A stretch of DNA of 60,696 nucleotides, counting the filler. It is 5 parts of 5 records of this genome, joined end to end, with 100 filler letters (N's around TTAATTAATTAA, not from the genome) between each part and the next. Parts side by side here need not be neighbours in the genome. Positions count along the whole stretch, not along the records: positions 25,992 to 33,184 come from SRR31156797_4074; positions 33,285 to 45,348 come from SRR31156797_4075; 3 more parts are not named here. One strand, given 5' to 3'. A model generated the notes under the pieces. It was not told the origin of the DNA. It did no database searches and was given only the letters and a program-made list of their open reading frames with translations. Position 1 is the stretch's first letter. Every line of letters starts with the position of its first letter. The translations under genes and the position numbers were made by a program. Positions 29,985 through 39,468 of the stretch are shown here, in pieces.

Positions 29985-31373
29985 TTAACTTTCTTCATTC
30001 ATGCCTTTCCTCAGGCCCAGGGCCATTCTGGCTATGATTCCCACTCCGGCTATGAGTACTCCCCAGAGCAGCCATTTTTTCCAGGGCAGGGGGGGCGGTT
30101 CCGGAACAAGCAGGTCCGGGCCGCCGAGCATGGTCTTCGGCAACAGCACGGCCTCCTTGAGCAGTGCATCCCCATCCCTGGCCATGACCTGGGCCAGGAG
30201 GCCCGGGGGGCTGTTGGTCAGTTCCTCCTGCCCAAGCCGGGCGGAACCGTATGCCAGCATGAATGGTCCTTTGCCCCGGGCCACGAAAAGCAGTTCATGG
30301 GGCCGCCATCCCAGTTCAAGGACCGGGATGGCTTCGGGATCACCGGATGGGAGATCTTCTATCTCCACCCTCCAAAACCGGTCAGGGGATGGGGCAACGG
30401 AGACCGTGTCCTGCACCAGGGAGGTATGATCAAATCTGAGGTCATAAAAGATGCCGGTCTGGCGGTGGCGCCATGGTGCTTTCGGGTCGGGCCGTGAAAA
30501 AAGCGTGGCCTTTACCAGGGTGTTTTTCTCGGCAAATCGGAGTCGGACCCGGTCTGCGGGCAGCCGGCCCGGGCTGTGGTATTCATAGGCCGTTATTTTC
30601 TTATTTTTATCCTCCGGCCCGGGGGTACCCTTTAAAGGGGTCCAGTCTCTTTTTCTTTCAGGCTCCCCGGTTTGCTCCACGGCGATGATTTCTTTTACCT
30701 GGATCCCGTCACGGGCGGTGGGCCAGGAGAGACGGAAATATGGGGCTGTCGTGGGGGGCAGCTGGATCTTTTTTCTGGTGATTGTATGGCCGCTGAACTC
30801 CATCCGGACGAGGGCCGCCCGGGGTACCAGGGTCGTCCAGCGGGTCAGGTCGTTGCTGTATTCCACGGAAACGGTGGCAACGACGTTTTCCTCTTTTGCC
30901 TGCCGGTTGATATGGAGGGTGTGTATCCGGTTTTCATGGCCGGTGGCGTCGATGAGATAGCCGGACAGCTCCGGGGGCTTGCCGGAACGGGCTGCATCGG
31001 ATTCAACGTTGATGATCGCTCCGTCTCCGCCTTTCTTGATTCTTACCAGAAGGCCGTCATTTCCCTGTTTGTTTTCTTCCCTGTACAGGGGGAAAAAGGG
31101 CAGGGCTTGGGTGAACTCCCGGATTTTGCGCTTTTTTTGGGGTTGGCGGAGGATGTGGGGGACCATTGCGTTTTTGCCGTTGAAGATCCGGATATCCCCC
31201 AGATCGTCACGGGCCACGGTTTCATAGACCTCCCGGGGCACGGAAAAGCGGTAGACCGCCCCGTTCTCCTCCAGGGAAAGGGCCATGCCGTAAGCAAAGT
31301 CAGCGGGCTGGAGCGCGGCTGTTGCCATTGACGGATACAGAATCAGGGCGGCGGCAACTAGAAAAAGTCTCAT
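29985..31373 (-). CDS. DUF3999 family protein
   Basis: Signal peptide MRLFLVAAALIL, DLGDIRIFNG, LPFFPL, LLFVARGKGPFMLAYG, C-terminal TM WLLWGVL. ATGA overlap with upstream DUF2339 gene. Confidence 0.85.
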   Translation of the reverse strand: MRLFLVAAALILYPSMATAALQPADFAYGMALSLEENGAVYRFSVPREVYETVARDDLGDIRIFNGKNAMVPHILRQPQKKRKIREFTQALPFFPLYREENKQGNDGLLVRIKKGGDGAIINVESDAARSGKPPELSGYLIDATGHENRIHTLHINRQAKEENVVATVSVEYSNDLTRWTTLVPRAALVRMEFSGHTITRKKIQLPPTTAPYFRLSWPTARDGIQVKEIIAVEQTGEPERKRDWTPLKGTPGPEDKNKKITAYEYHSPGRLPADRVRLRFAEKNTLVKATLFSRPDPKAPWRHRQTGIFYDLRFDHTSLVQDTVSVAPSPDRFWRVEIEDLPSGDPEAIPVLELGWRPHELLFVARGKGPFMLAYGSARLGQEELTNSPPGLLAQVMARDGDALLKEAVLLPKTMLGGPDLLVPEPPPLPWKKWLLWGVLIAGVGIIARMALGLRKGMNEES

Positions 31374-33184
31374 GAATCCTCCTTGGTGCGGGCAGGGGAG
31401 AGGGGAGAAAAATAACCGATGAGCAGCATGAGTGAGCCCACGCCGAGAAAGGATACGATCCTGGCAAGGGTACCGGTGCCGGCAAGGTCTACCAAAAAGA
31501 GTTTTATCACCACCAGGGAGAGAATAAAGACACCGGTAAACCAGGCCCGGCGGCTGCCTTTCCGGGTGGCGGTAAGGGTTGTTACAAGGGCGGTCACCCC
31601 CCAGAGAATGGAAATGGTGGCCTGGAACAGCACCGACCGGTAGAGGCCGGCAGCGGTGTAGGGCACCTGGGCCCAGAAATGGATGGTCCGGGCGACCATG
31701 GCGTTGAGGAGAAGAAACCCGGCCGTGTAGAGCATGAATTTCAGGACCGGGCCTTCCCGGTTGATCTCCAGCCGGCGGATCCATTCCCGATGGTGGCGGT
31801 TCCACGTGAGAGCGAGAAACAGGATAAATAGCTGGGTGATTTCTATCGGGTTGATCACCGGTATGAAGGTCAGGGGCGCGGGATCGGCGTGATAGAGGTT
31901 GACCAGTAACACCCAGGCAAAGAGAAAGACCATGGGAACGGCGGTGCCTACTTCGAAATAGGCCTGGTGAAAGCGGCGTATGGGCCAGGAAAGACGGTTG
32001 CCTTTTGTGAGAATGAGCAGAACCGCCGCACCCGGCATCACCCCCCAGACACAGTATTGCCAGGTCTGTCCTTCCTGTAACAGGAGCGTTATCCCGTGGG
32101 CGCTTTCCCGGGTAAGAATAAAGATGAGGAGCCACAGGGTAAACTGGTGCCACAGGGGCACAAGCTTTTGGGGCCAGTGCTTCTCGCAGTTGAAAAGCAG
32201 GCGGTACTGCGCCAGGAAGGCCATGGCCCAGGCCACCGATCCCATGCGGGCAAAAAGGTACAGCTGGCCCGGGGCGCTCGGCTGGCTGAGGCTGGCCACG
32301 GCCATCACCGGCAACAGCATGATGGATGGATAGGCAAACTGTTTCCAGTCCAGGTGACGGCTGACACGATCGGTGAGCAAGAAGCTGACAGTTACATGAA
32401 GCAATGTCACCGGGACCCGGTCCTGCCAGGCGACGAACCGGTGGATCTCAAGAAACGCTGCCCCAAACCACCAGGCAAGCCCCCAGACCATCAGAACGGT
32501 TCCCATATGGCGTTCCCATGGAGAAATAGATCCGGACCGCTTTGCCAGGTACCAGCTGGAGAAAAGACCTGCCAGGCTGATGAGGATGCAGCCGACCGCA
32601 ACGCTGTTCACCAGGGGAATCTGGCGGGAGGGCAGATCCATGGACAGCAGAAAGGAGATGCCGGAGCCAGCCTGGAGGAGAATACCGAAGATACGGGGCG
32701 GAAGCCGGTTCTGCCGGGTGCCGATCCAGAGGATGGCGCCGCCCTCGAGGGCCCAGGCCGCGGAGGTCCAGCGGCCGTCCAGGGCAAGGGGGATTGCCAG
32801 GCTGCCGAAAACCACGCCAAAGGCCAGGAACGACTCGATGACCATGCGTAATCCCTTGATCCGGCGGCGCCAGAGGAGTGTGGCGACCAGGATGTAAAAA
32901 AGCCCGAGGCCAAGGGCGCTGATGGCCAGGCCGTACTCGAAGTCCCGGACAAGGCCGTATTGCAGGCCAAAGGCCACCAGGGGCACCCCGAACACCAGGG
33001 TGCCGTCAACATAGCCCTTGAGGTTTATTGGCTGCTTCAGGGCATGGAATACGGAAATCGCGACATAATACAGAAAGAACAGGATTAGAAACGGCTCGGT
33101 GGTGGAAAAATAGCGGGGCTGGTAATAGCGGCCGCCCCAGAGGGAGGCGATGCCAAAGGTGAAAACAAAGCCGATCAGGTTCAA
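31370..33184 (-). CDS. DUF2339 family multi-pass membrane protein (5' truncated)
   Basis: Many TM helices; LAIPLALD.RWTSAAWALEG; C-terminal KLFLVDL..ARIVSFLGVG.LMLLIGYFSP. Confidence 0.85.
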   Translation of the reverse strand: MNLIGFVFTFGIASLWGGRYYQPRYFSTTEPFLILFFLYYVAISVFHALKQPINLKGYVDGTLVFGVPLVAFGLQYGLVRDFEYGLAISALGLGLFYILVATLLWRRRIKGLRMVIESFLAFGVVFGSLAIPLALDGRWTSAAWALEGGAILWIGTRQNRLPPRIFGILLQAGSGISFLLSMDLPSRQIPLVNSVAVGCILISLAGLFSSWYLAKRSGSISPWERHMGTVLMVWGLAWWFGAAFLEIHRFVAWQDRVPVTLLHVTVSFLLTDRVSRHLDWKQFAYPSIMLLPVMAVASLSQPSAPGQLYLFARMGSVAWAMAFLAQYRLLFNCEKHWPQKLVPLWHQFTLWLLIFILTRESAHGITLLLQEGQTWQYCVWGVMPGAAVLLILTKGNRLSWPIRRFHQAYFEVGTAVPMVFLFAWVLLVNLYHADPAPLTFIPVINPIEITQLFILFLALTWNRHHREWIRRLEINREGPVLKFMLYTAGFLLLNAMVARTIHFWAQVPYTAAGLYRSVLFQATISILWGVTALVTTLTATRKGSRRAWFTGVFILSLVVIKLFLVDLAGTGTLARIVSFLGVGSLMLLIGYFSPLSPARTKEDS

Positions 33185-33284
33185 NNNNNNNNNNNNNNNN
33201 NNNNNNNNNNNNNNNNNNNNNNNNNNNNTTAATTAATTAANNNNNNNNNNNNNNNNNNNNNNNNNNNNNNNNNNNNNNNNNNNN
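33185..33284. other. Artificial contig linker
   Basis: N44-TTAATTAATTAA-N44. Confidence 0.99.
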
Positions 33285-33425
33285 AACACCGAACATCTGC
33301 GGCTTGCCCGTCAGCATGTTCATTGTTGGGATATTTTCGATCAAGAGTCAAACGTAGACGCGACCCTTTTTCCTATTGGAATTAAGTAAGGTGCCTCAGA
33401 TCTTAAAAAAGCACTATTGCCATAG

Positions 33426-34718
33426 TTATACCTGAATTCCGGATTTTGCCTTTTGATAGCGCACGGGCTTTGACAGCTTGATAATTTTATTTTCTTCCAC
33501 AGCCTTCTTCAGCCAAACATTGAGCTGTGTCTTGTTTACAATCAATGTTTCAGCGAGTTCTGCAGCGGTAGCCGGTCGATCCAGTTTATTCAAAATGACC
33601 GGTAAAATAGCTTCATATATAGATCCAGGATATTTCTGAGTCTTAATTTCTGGCTCAAAGACAGGTGACTTCTCGGGGGTAGACTCTTTTATGGGTGACT
33701 GTTTTTTAACGGGTGTGGCTTCCTGAACAGACTTATAGTCAAAGAGGTTAGGTTCCTTTTTCGGTTGGCTCCCCTGGGATTGAACCGCTGCGTCGTTCAG
33801 TTGCTGATTGAAACTATTACGATCAATGGACTTGGGCCATGGGATTGCCCCAAGATCCAATAATTTGCTGTTGCCTTGTGGTACATTGTTTCCCACACGG
33901 ACAAAAACCGGGCGTGACATCTCCCGCTTGAGTTCTTCCGTAGCACCAGACCATGTGCCGCCTTTTTTATGTTCCGCACTAACGACCAACCCATAATCGG
34001 CCATGGCATAAATCAGTTTGTTTCTTCCCATAGCAGTTCCCACAGTAAAGCGGGCATTTGGATGATAGGGAGATAGAAGCAGCAACCGCCCATAGGCAAT
34101 TGCATGGCGATACTTTCGCTCTACACTTTTTTTCAGGAGATTTTCGGCAAGGATACCTATGGTTATCCCACCGGCTTCAAGTGATGCAGTCATGGAGATC
34201 TGGTCGACCCCCCGAGCGCCTCCAGAAACAACCGGCATTCGATTATGGGCACATAACTCTGCAACTTTTCGGGTGAACGTGTCTCCTTCCTGATCGACAT
34301 TGCGTGAACCGACAATGCCAAGCCCACCCCCACTTAGCAGGGAGCGATTGCCCACCCCAAATAACAATGGGGGAGCTTTATCCTTGAGGTGCTTTTTGTA
34401 ACGGGCCGGGTAATCTGCATCACTTCTACTGATAATCCAGATTCCGTTACGTTGCCATTCTTCAACAGCAAATCCGAGCTGGACACCTCTGCCAAGCAAC
34501 GTTTCCAAACGCTGTTTGGCAATGCCTGAGCCCTTGGAAGCCTCTGAAGCGTTTTCTTGTTGCAAAAGATCACTGGGGCGCATCTTAGCGCTGATGAGCC
34601 AGCGAACAAGTGCTGAGTATTCTGTCAGCGACAGCGGTTTTACCGAACGGTCTTTTCCGAAAATACCGCAAAGCAGGATAATCGCGTTTGTATCTTCTGT
34701 TAAAAAGTCATTCATCAT
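33426..34718 (-). CDS. DprA/Smf-like protein with C-terminal HTH (RqlI-like antitoxin)
   Basis: DYP..K..L...APPLLF, GIVGSRN, VVSGGARGVD, AMGRNKLIY, GGTWSGA, C-terminal wHTH. Start overlaps the helicase stop. Confidence 0.85.
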   Translation of the reverse strand: MMNDFLTEDTNAIILLCGIFGKDRSVKPLSLTEYSALVRWLISAKMRPSDLLQQENASEASKGSGIAKQRLETLLGRGVQLGFAVEEWQRNGIWIISRSDADYPARYKKHLKDKAPPLLFGVGNRSLLSGGGLGIVGSRNVDQEGDTFTRKVAELCAHNRMPVVSGGARGVDQISMTASLEAGGITIGILAENLLKKSVERKYRHAIAYGRLLLLSPYHPNARFTVGTAMGRNKLIYAMADYGLVVSAEHKKGGTWSGATEELKREMSRPVFVRVGNNVPQGNSKLLDLGAIPWPKSIDRNSFNQQLNDAAVQSQGSQPKKEPNLFDYKSVQEATPVKKQSPIKESTPEKSPVFEPEIKTQKYPGSIYEAILPVILNKLDRPATAAELAETLIVNKTQLNVWLKKAVEENKIIKLSKPVRYQKAKSGIQV

Positions 34719-36824
34719 CAGTCCATCCTTGGCGAGTTTAAAGCCAATGCCATTGGATATACGGCAGAGCAACCCGCTTGACTCAACAGGGCCGATGCCA
34801 CGGTAAATGTCCACCCGGAATCGATCATGTCGTCTATTAAAAGGCATTCCTCAGCCAGGCATTGGTCGGTAATATTGAACGCGCCATCAAGGTTTTTAGC
34901 CTGCTGGTAACTGTTTTCCATTTCTTTTTGCTGTCTGTTGGTAAGAATCTTTTCAATACACGGGACAAATGGTAAACCGAGCACATCAGCCAATCGCGCC
35001 GCAAAATCAGGAACGAGTTCCGGATGATTTAAAGAAGGAATGCATGTCACCCACTTGGGTATGGGATCAGGAGCCCACGCTTCTATCATTTCCACACAGG
35101 CCGTTACAAGATCATCAGAAAATTTATTTGCTTCATATTTCCCATGGGCAACAAGCTGGCCCCAGCCAGCATCACGCCAAAGGCTTAAAGCCCGACCTTC
35201 TTGTGCCTGTTGTTCCTGAGGGATGCGATATGCAGCCAATGGCGATTGGGTAAACATATTCGAGGCAGGCCATTGTTTCCTTGGCCGGATGGGTTGATAA
35301 CTTCTCCGTAAGAACAATCCCGCCCGGTTGGCCAAATCATCATCATATGTTTCATCTAATAACAATTTAGGATTGCAGCTTCTACATTGTCCGCAATCCT
35401 CTGGAGTCGGATCATCCAAAGCCGCCTGTAGAAATGCCATTAAACAGTCTGAATGGCTCATGTAATTTCCGCATTTCCTGTTGTTCTCTGCGCCTTATAT
35501 TCGTGATAGCATCAACGTATGCCTGATCAACTTGATAAGAAGCCGCGGTTGCGGTGACTCGCCATTTGGTACCAATTTTTGTGATTGGTTATGGAGATTC
35601 AACTGTGAGAAACTTTAAGGTTTTATCGATTTGGTTTTTGCGCAGATTTAAAACACGCTGCATTTCCGGAACAGAAAGCCCGTTGTCAGAATCATCCAGT
35701 GCCCGGAGAATTATTGAAATATGCTGCTGGGGCGGAAAGGCGCTACGGATAAAGAAGTCGGCAATATGATCATCTTCCTCTCCGCAGAGCAGTATGCCGT
35801 AGGCTTCATCAACTGCTCGGCCAGCCCGGCCAACTTGCTGATAATAATGCACCACAGATGCCGGGCGTTGAAAGTGGATGACAAATCCCAGATCCGGCTT
35901 ATCAAAGCCCATCCCAAGCGCCACTGTCGCAACCAATGCTTGTATTTCATTGTTTAGAAGTTGTTGCTCCAGCTCTTCTTTAACTGAACTTCCATCTCCC
36001 CGGTCAGAGATACTGGCGTGATAGGCTCTGGCATTAATATTATTGATTCGAAGCCATTCTGTTACGCGTTCTGCATCTCGCTGGGTAAGAGTATAAATGA
36101 TACCACTTCCTGGCAGCGACGGAATGGTTTGTGCCAGCCAAGCCATCCGGGCTGCCGGGCTGGGCATATTGATATTCTGAAGCTTCAGGCTTTTGCGGAC
36201 CAATGATCCTCTTTGTAAAATGATATTTTCACCCAACTGCGATTTTACATCATTCACGACACGATCATTTGCCGTAGCGGTGGTTGCCAAAACCGGGACA
36301 TTAGAAGGAATGGCTTGAAGTACACGCACAATCCGGCGATAATCCGGCCTGAAGTCATGTCCCCAGTCTGAAATACAATGGGCCTCATCAATCACGAACA
36401 GCCCTATATTGCTGGCCATATTGGCCAGGATGTCCTGGCGGAAATCCTGGTTAGCCAGGCGCTCCGGTGAGATCAACAACACGTCCACCTGATTGGCGGT
36501 CAACTCACTTTGAATTTGCGGCCACTCTTCATTATTGGTGCTGTTAATAGTACGGGCGGTTACACCAATTCTTTCAGCCGCTTCCAGCTGATTCCTCATC
36601 AATGACAATAAGGGCGAAATCAAAAGCGTTGGCCCAGCCCCTTGCTCACGCAATAGCTTTGTGGCAAGAAAATAGACCATGCTTTTCCCCCACCCAGTCC
36701 GCTGAACAACGAGAACACGTTTCTTATTCAGCAGCTGTTCTATACTTTCCCACTGACCATCACGAAAATCTGCATTTGGATTGTTTAGGGCCGTTCCCAG
36801 GTATTTCTGTGCTTGCTGTCTCAT
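34718..36824 (-). pseudogene. RecQ-like helicase with C-terminal PRTase domain (RqlH-like), disrupted by a nonsense codon and a frameshift
   Basis: QRTGWGKS, DEAHCISDWGHDFRPDY, TTATAN, LGMGFDK, QQVGRAGR. In-frame TAA at 35591-35589 followed by an open continuation (PITKIGTKW..EQQEMR); extra A near 35467; then CLM..CGQCRSC and LLIDDMIDSGWT (PRTase). Confidence 0.85.
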
Positions 36825-37015
36825 ATTTACACCTCGATTCCGATTTCAGTTAATGCAGTGAAATCTTTTTGAGTTGTGCATGTCCTCTCGGATCTCTTTA
36901 ATATCCGCCAAGTGGCCTTCAAGGTCATTTATTACAGTCTCCCCTCTTTTTAAAATTATTGTTGAAAAGGGTCGCTGACCAGCGCTGGTAATGACGATTT
37001 CGACAATGGGGTTTA

Positions 37016-37273
37016 TCAACATTCACAAAGGATTTCTTCTAAGTCTTCAAGATCTTTTTTTGTTTGGTCTAAAATTTCTCGAAAACAGTTCTTACAACAG
37101 GTCTTCTTAGTGCTGAATCCACCTCCAACTTTGGGAATTTCAAAGCATTTAAAACCTCCTTCAATATAGACTTCACAACGGTAGCACGTGCGTTTCCTCT
37201 TAGCGGTAACCATACTTGGTTTCCCACTGGAGCCGGTAATCAATGAAGGTACTTTTCCTCGCTTAGTTGTCAT
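37016..37273 (-). CDS. Small putative zinc-binding protein
   Basis: 85 aa; CYRC..C..CCKNC; start overlaps the helicase 3' end by 11 nt. Confidence 0.7.
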   Translation of the reverse strand: MTTKRGKVPSLITGSSGKPSMVTAKRKRTCYRCEVYIEGGFKCFEIPKVGGGFSTKKTCCKNCFREILDQTKKDLEDLEEILCEC

Positions 37274-39254
37274 TGAGAATCTTTTTATACCTCCTTGTAA
37301 GAATGTTAAGAATTGAATCTAATTCAGCCGTAACATTTTTAAAATCCTCTGAAGTCCAATCTTTTCTTGGAGCAGGGTGTTTTTTCTTGATCTCCTGATT
37401 GATTAATGTGACACATGCGGTAAAATCATTTGCTGCATATATACCCGTGTTAACAATTTTTCTCCCATTTCGTTGAAGTTCCAGTCTATTTAATAGCATA
37501 TTTGCAGAGCGATTTGCTTTTTCATGTAGTCTTTTTCTTAGTTCTTCCCACTCCCTCTGTGGGAGGACCTGAAATGGTTCCGCAGCCTTGACCATCTTAG
37601 TTTGGTCTTTCTTTTGTTTTAAAACCAGATCCTTTGCAGATGATGGATCAAGGCCTAATAATTCTAATTTCTGTTCTAAATCCCGTATTAGGTCTTCATC
37701 GTCAGCAGTTGTAAAATCTTCTTCAATAAGGGAATCAACTATTTCATGGTTGGCTACAATTGGTTCCTTGTTTTTCATCCTCGATTCACCTGATTTAACA
37801 TCACGAGGCACCTCGGGTTCTTTTCCACCAATTATGTTCTCCCAAAACTGCTGGTCATCTTTTTCAAACAGTTTAAATTCCTTCAGCCTCTGGTCTAAAT
37901 TCATTCCGGCATGCGTTACAACATGTCCATAGTTATCTGGATGATTTGGTCGATTTTGTACAACAACACGCAATATTCTTCCTACAAACTGAATATAAGG
38001 GGATAAAGTGCGGAAGGGTCTGAATATTGCTGCAACACTTAATTTGGGATGGTCAAAACCTTCTCCCAACATTTGAACTTGTACAATGCAATCCAACTCG
38101 CCACTTCTTAAACGACGCATGACATTTTCTTTTTCATCTTTTTCCATTTGACCATAGATTACATCTGCATTGTAACCACGGGTTGAATATAGGGATCGGA
38201 TAGTCCTTGCATGGTCAACTGAACAAGCAACAGCAATAAGCTGGTGATGTGTCCCTGTCTCTCTCAGTTCTTCAAGTTTTTGTAAGCTGTTATCAACAAT
38301 ATGCTGATTGCAGACCTCCGATAAAGCAACACCTCTACTAAACCAATCCTTTTCCTTCATTTTCAACACTTCATCCAGGTTGTAAGTTCTATCTTCTCCT
38401 TTTACGGTAAAAGATATTTCACTTGGGGCAACATATGATGCTTTTATTTGTTTTACATAGCCTTTAAATGTGGCTCTCTTGAAGGGGTACCGGAAAACCA
38501 GCTCACCACTTATTTCTTGCTTATCACTCCTAAAGGGAGTAGCTGTCATATTAACAACTTTTGCACTGGAAAAACGTTCTATGACTTGTCCCCAACTCTT
38601 TGCTGGAGAATGGTGCGCTTCATCAACTATAATCAAATCAAAAAAGTCTTTAGGGAATTTATTCAGCCATTTGTCTGTATTGGTTGCGAGTTGATGAACA
38701 TTGGTAATTATTATGTGGGATTTTTTACTAACTGATATATTACCAGTATCTAATGTACAGGCAAAAGGGCCTCCAATCATTTGTTTAGGTTGTAGTATGT
38801 CTCTTTGTCTCCAAAAGCACTTTTGACGGTTGGTTACGTCAAATGACTCGAACAACCCTTCTTTGATGGTTAAATTAGGCGAAACAACAAGGACTCTACC
38901 TTTTGCAATACCAAAAGGAATTATTGCAGCAAGTCCAGTTTTCCCACAACCGACAGGGATTTGAACAATCGCTGTTGTATTCCCTAATTTAAAATAGCTG
39001 TAGATTGCTCTATATGCTTCTATTTGTGGTTCTCTGAGTTGTGGGTTTTCGTCAATATCAAAATCGGTATTGAGAAAAAACTCCTCAATCGGCTTGTTTG
39101 CCCTAACCCAAGCATCTAAATCCTGCTTACTAAACAACCATTTTTGTCCTACTTTATTAGCTGGAATGCTTCCCTCTTTGGCGAGGGTGTAAAGTGACGT
39201 TTTACCCATATCAAGGTATTTAGCTGCTTCTTCTACTGTTAGCCAATTTTCCAT
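37263..39254 (-). CDS. Excisionase-type HTH (HTH_17) fused to SF2 DEAH (ResIII-like) helicase
   Basis: N-terminal WLTVEEAAKYL..SLY..IPA.KVG..WLF; PVGCGKT, IIVDEAHH, MTATPFR, MLGEGFD, QFVGRILR. Confidence 0.9.
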   Translation of the reverse strand: MENWLTVEEAAKYLDMGKTSLYTLAKEGSIPANKVGQKWLFSKQDLDAWVRANKPIEEFFLNTDFDIDENPQLREPQIEAYRAIYSYFKLGNTTAIVQIPVGCGKTGLAAIIPFGIAKGRVLVVSPNLTIKEGLFESFDVTNRQKCFWRQRDILQPKQMIGGPFACTLDTGNISVSKKSHIIITNVHQLATNTDKWLNKFPKDFFDLIIVDEAHHSPAKSWGQVIERFSSAKVVNMTATPFRSDKQEISGELVFRYPFKRATFKGYVKQIKASYVAPSEISFTVKGEDRTYNLDEVLKMKEKDWFSRGVALSEVCNQHIVDNSLQKLEELRETGTHHQLIAVACSVDHARTIRSLYSTRGYNADVIYGQMEKDEKENVMRRLRSGELDCIVQVQMLGEGFDHPKLSVAAIFRPFRTLSPYIQFVGRILRVVVQNRPNHPDNYGHVVTHAGMNLDQRLKEFKLFEKDDQQFWENIIGGKEPEVPRDVKSGESRMKNKEPIVANHEIVDSLIEEDFTTADDEDLIRDLEQKLELLGLDPSSAKDLVLKQKKDQTKMVKAAEPFQVLPQREWEELRKRLHEKANRSANMLLNRLELQRNGRKIVNTGIYAANDFTACVTLINQEIKKKHPAPRKDWTSEDFKNVTAELDSILNILTRRYKKILNDN

Positions 39255-39280
39255 ATCTACCACCTTCTGTTTGCAAATTT

Positions 39281-39327
39281 TAGCAACATCTGATAACAGA
39301 TGATAACAAGCAATAAGATAATGTCAA
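39281..39327 (-). promoter_or_regulatory. Sigma-70 promoter of HTH-helicase overlapped by 10-bp-phased direct repeats
   Basis: Minus strand TTGACA-16 nt-TATCAT with extended TG. Plus-strand repeats TAGCAACATC/TGATAACAGA/TGATAACAAG/CAATAAGATA. Confidence 0.6.
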
Positions 39328-39468
39328 TAATATATTTTGCTTAAAAAATGTCTTTGAACATCACCGATGAAATTCGGTGCATGTTCCCTGTTGACTTTTG
39401 GTCTATCAAAAGTCAGATGTAGATTTATCCTCGTTTCTTTCGCGTGTTATATCAAGCCTATGTCATGG

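Noticed and set aside
31374-32153. Pro/His/Arg-rich N-terminal extension of the 722-aa ORF 29985-32153
   Set aside because: Shadow frame overlapping the DUF2339 gene in GC-rich DNA; the real DUF3999 start is the ATG at 31373 with signal peptide and RBS.
33350-33405. AGACGCGACCC and AAGGTGCCTCAGATCTT motifs resembling REP-like repeats seen near variable gene arrays
   Set aside because: Single degenerate copies at a contig edge; cannot be supported from this window.
35589-35591. Programmed read-through or recoding in the RecQ-like gene
   Set aside because: The stop is TAA, not TGA/TAG, and a separate frameshift follows with no obvious slippery site; pseudogenisation or error is more likely.
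36831-36930. 33-codon minus-strand ORF between the zinc-finger gene and the RecQ-like gene
   Set aside because: Too short, with no motif; may be a gene remnant.
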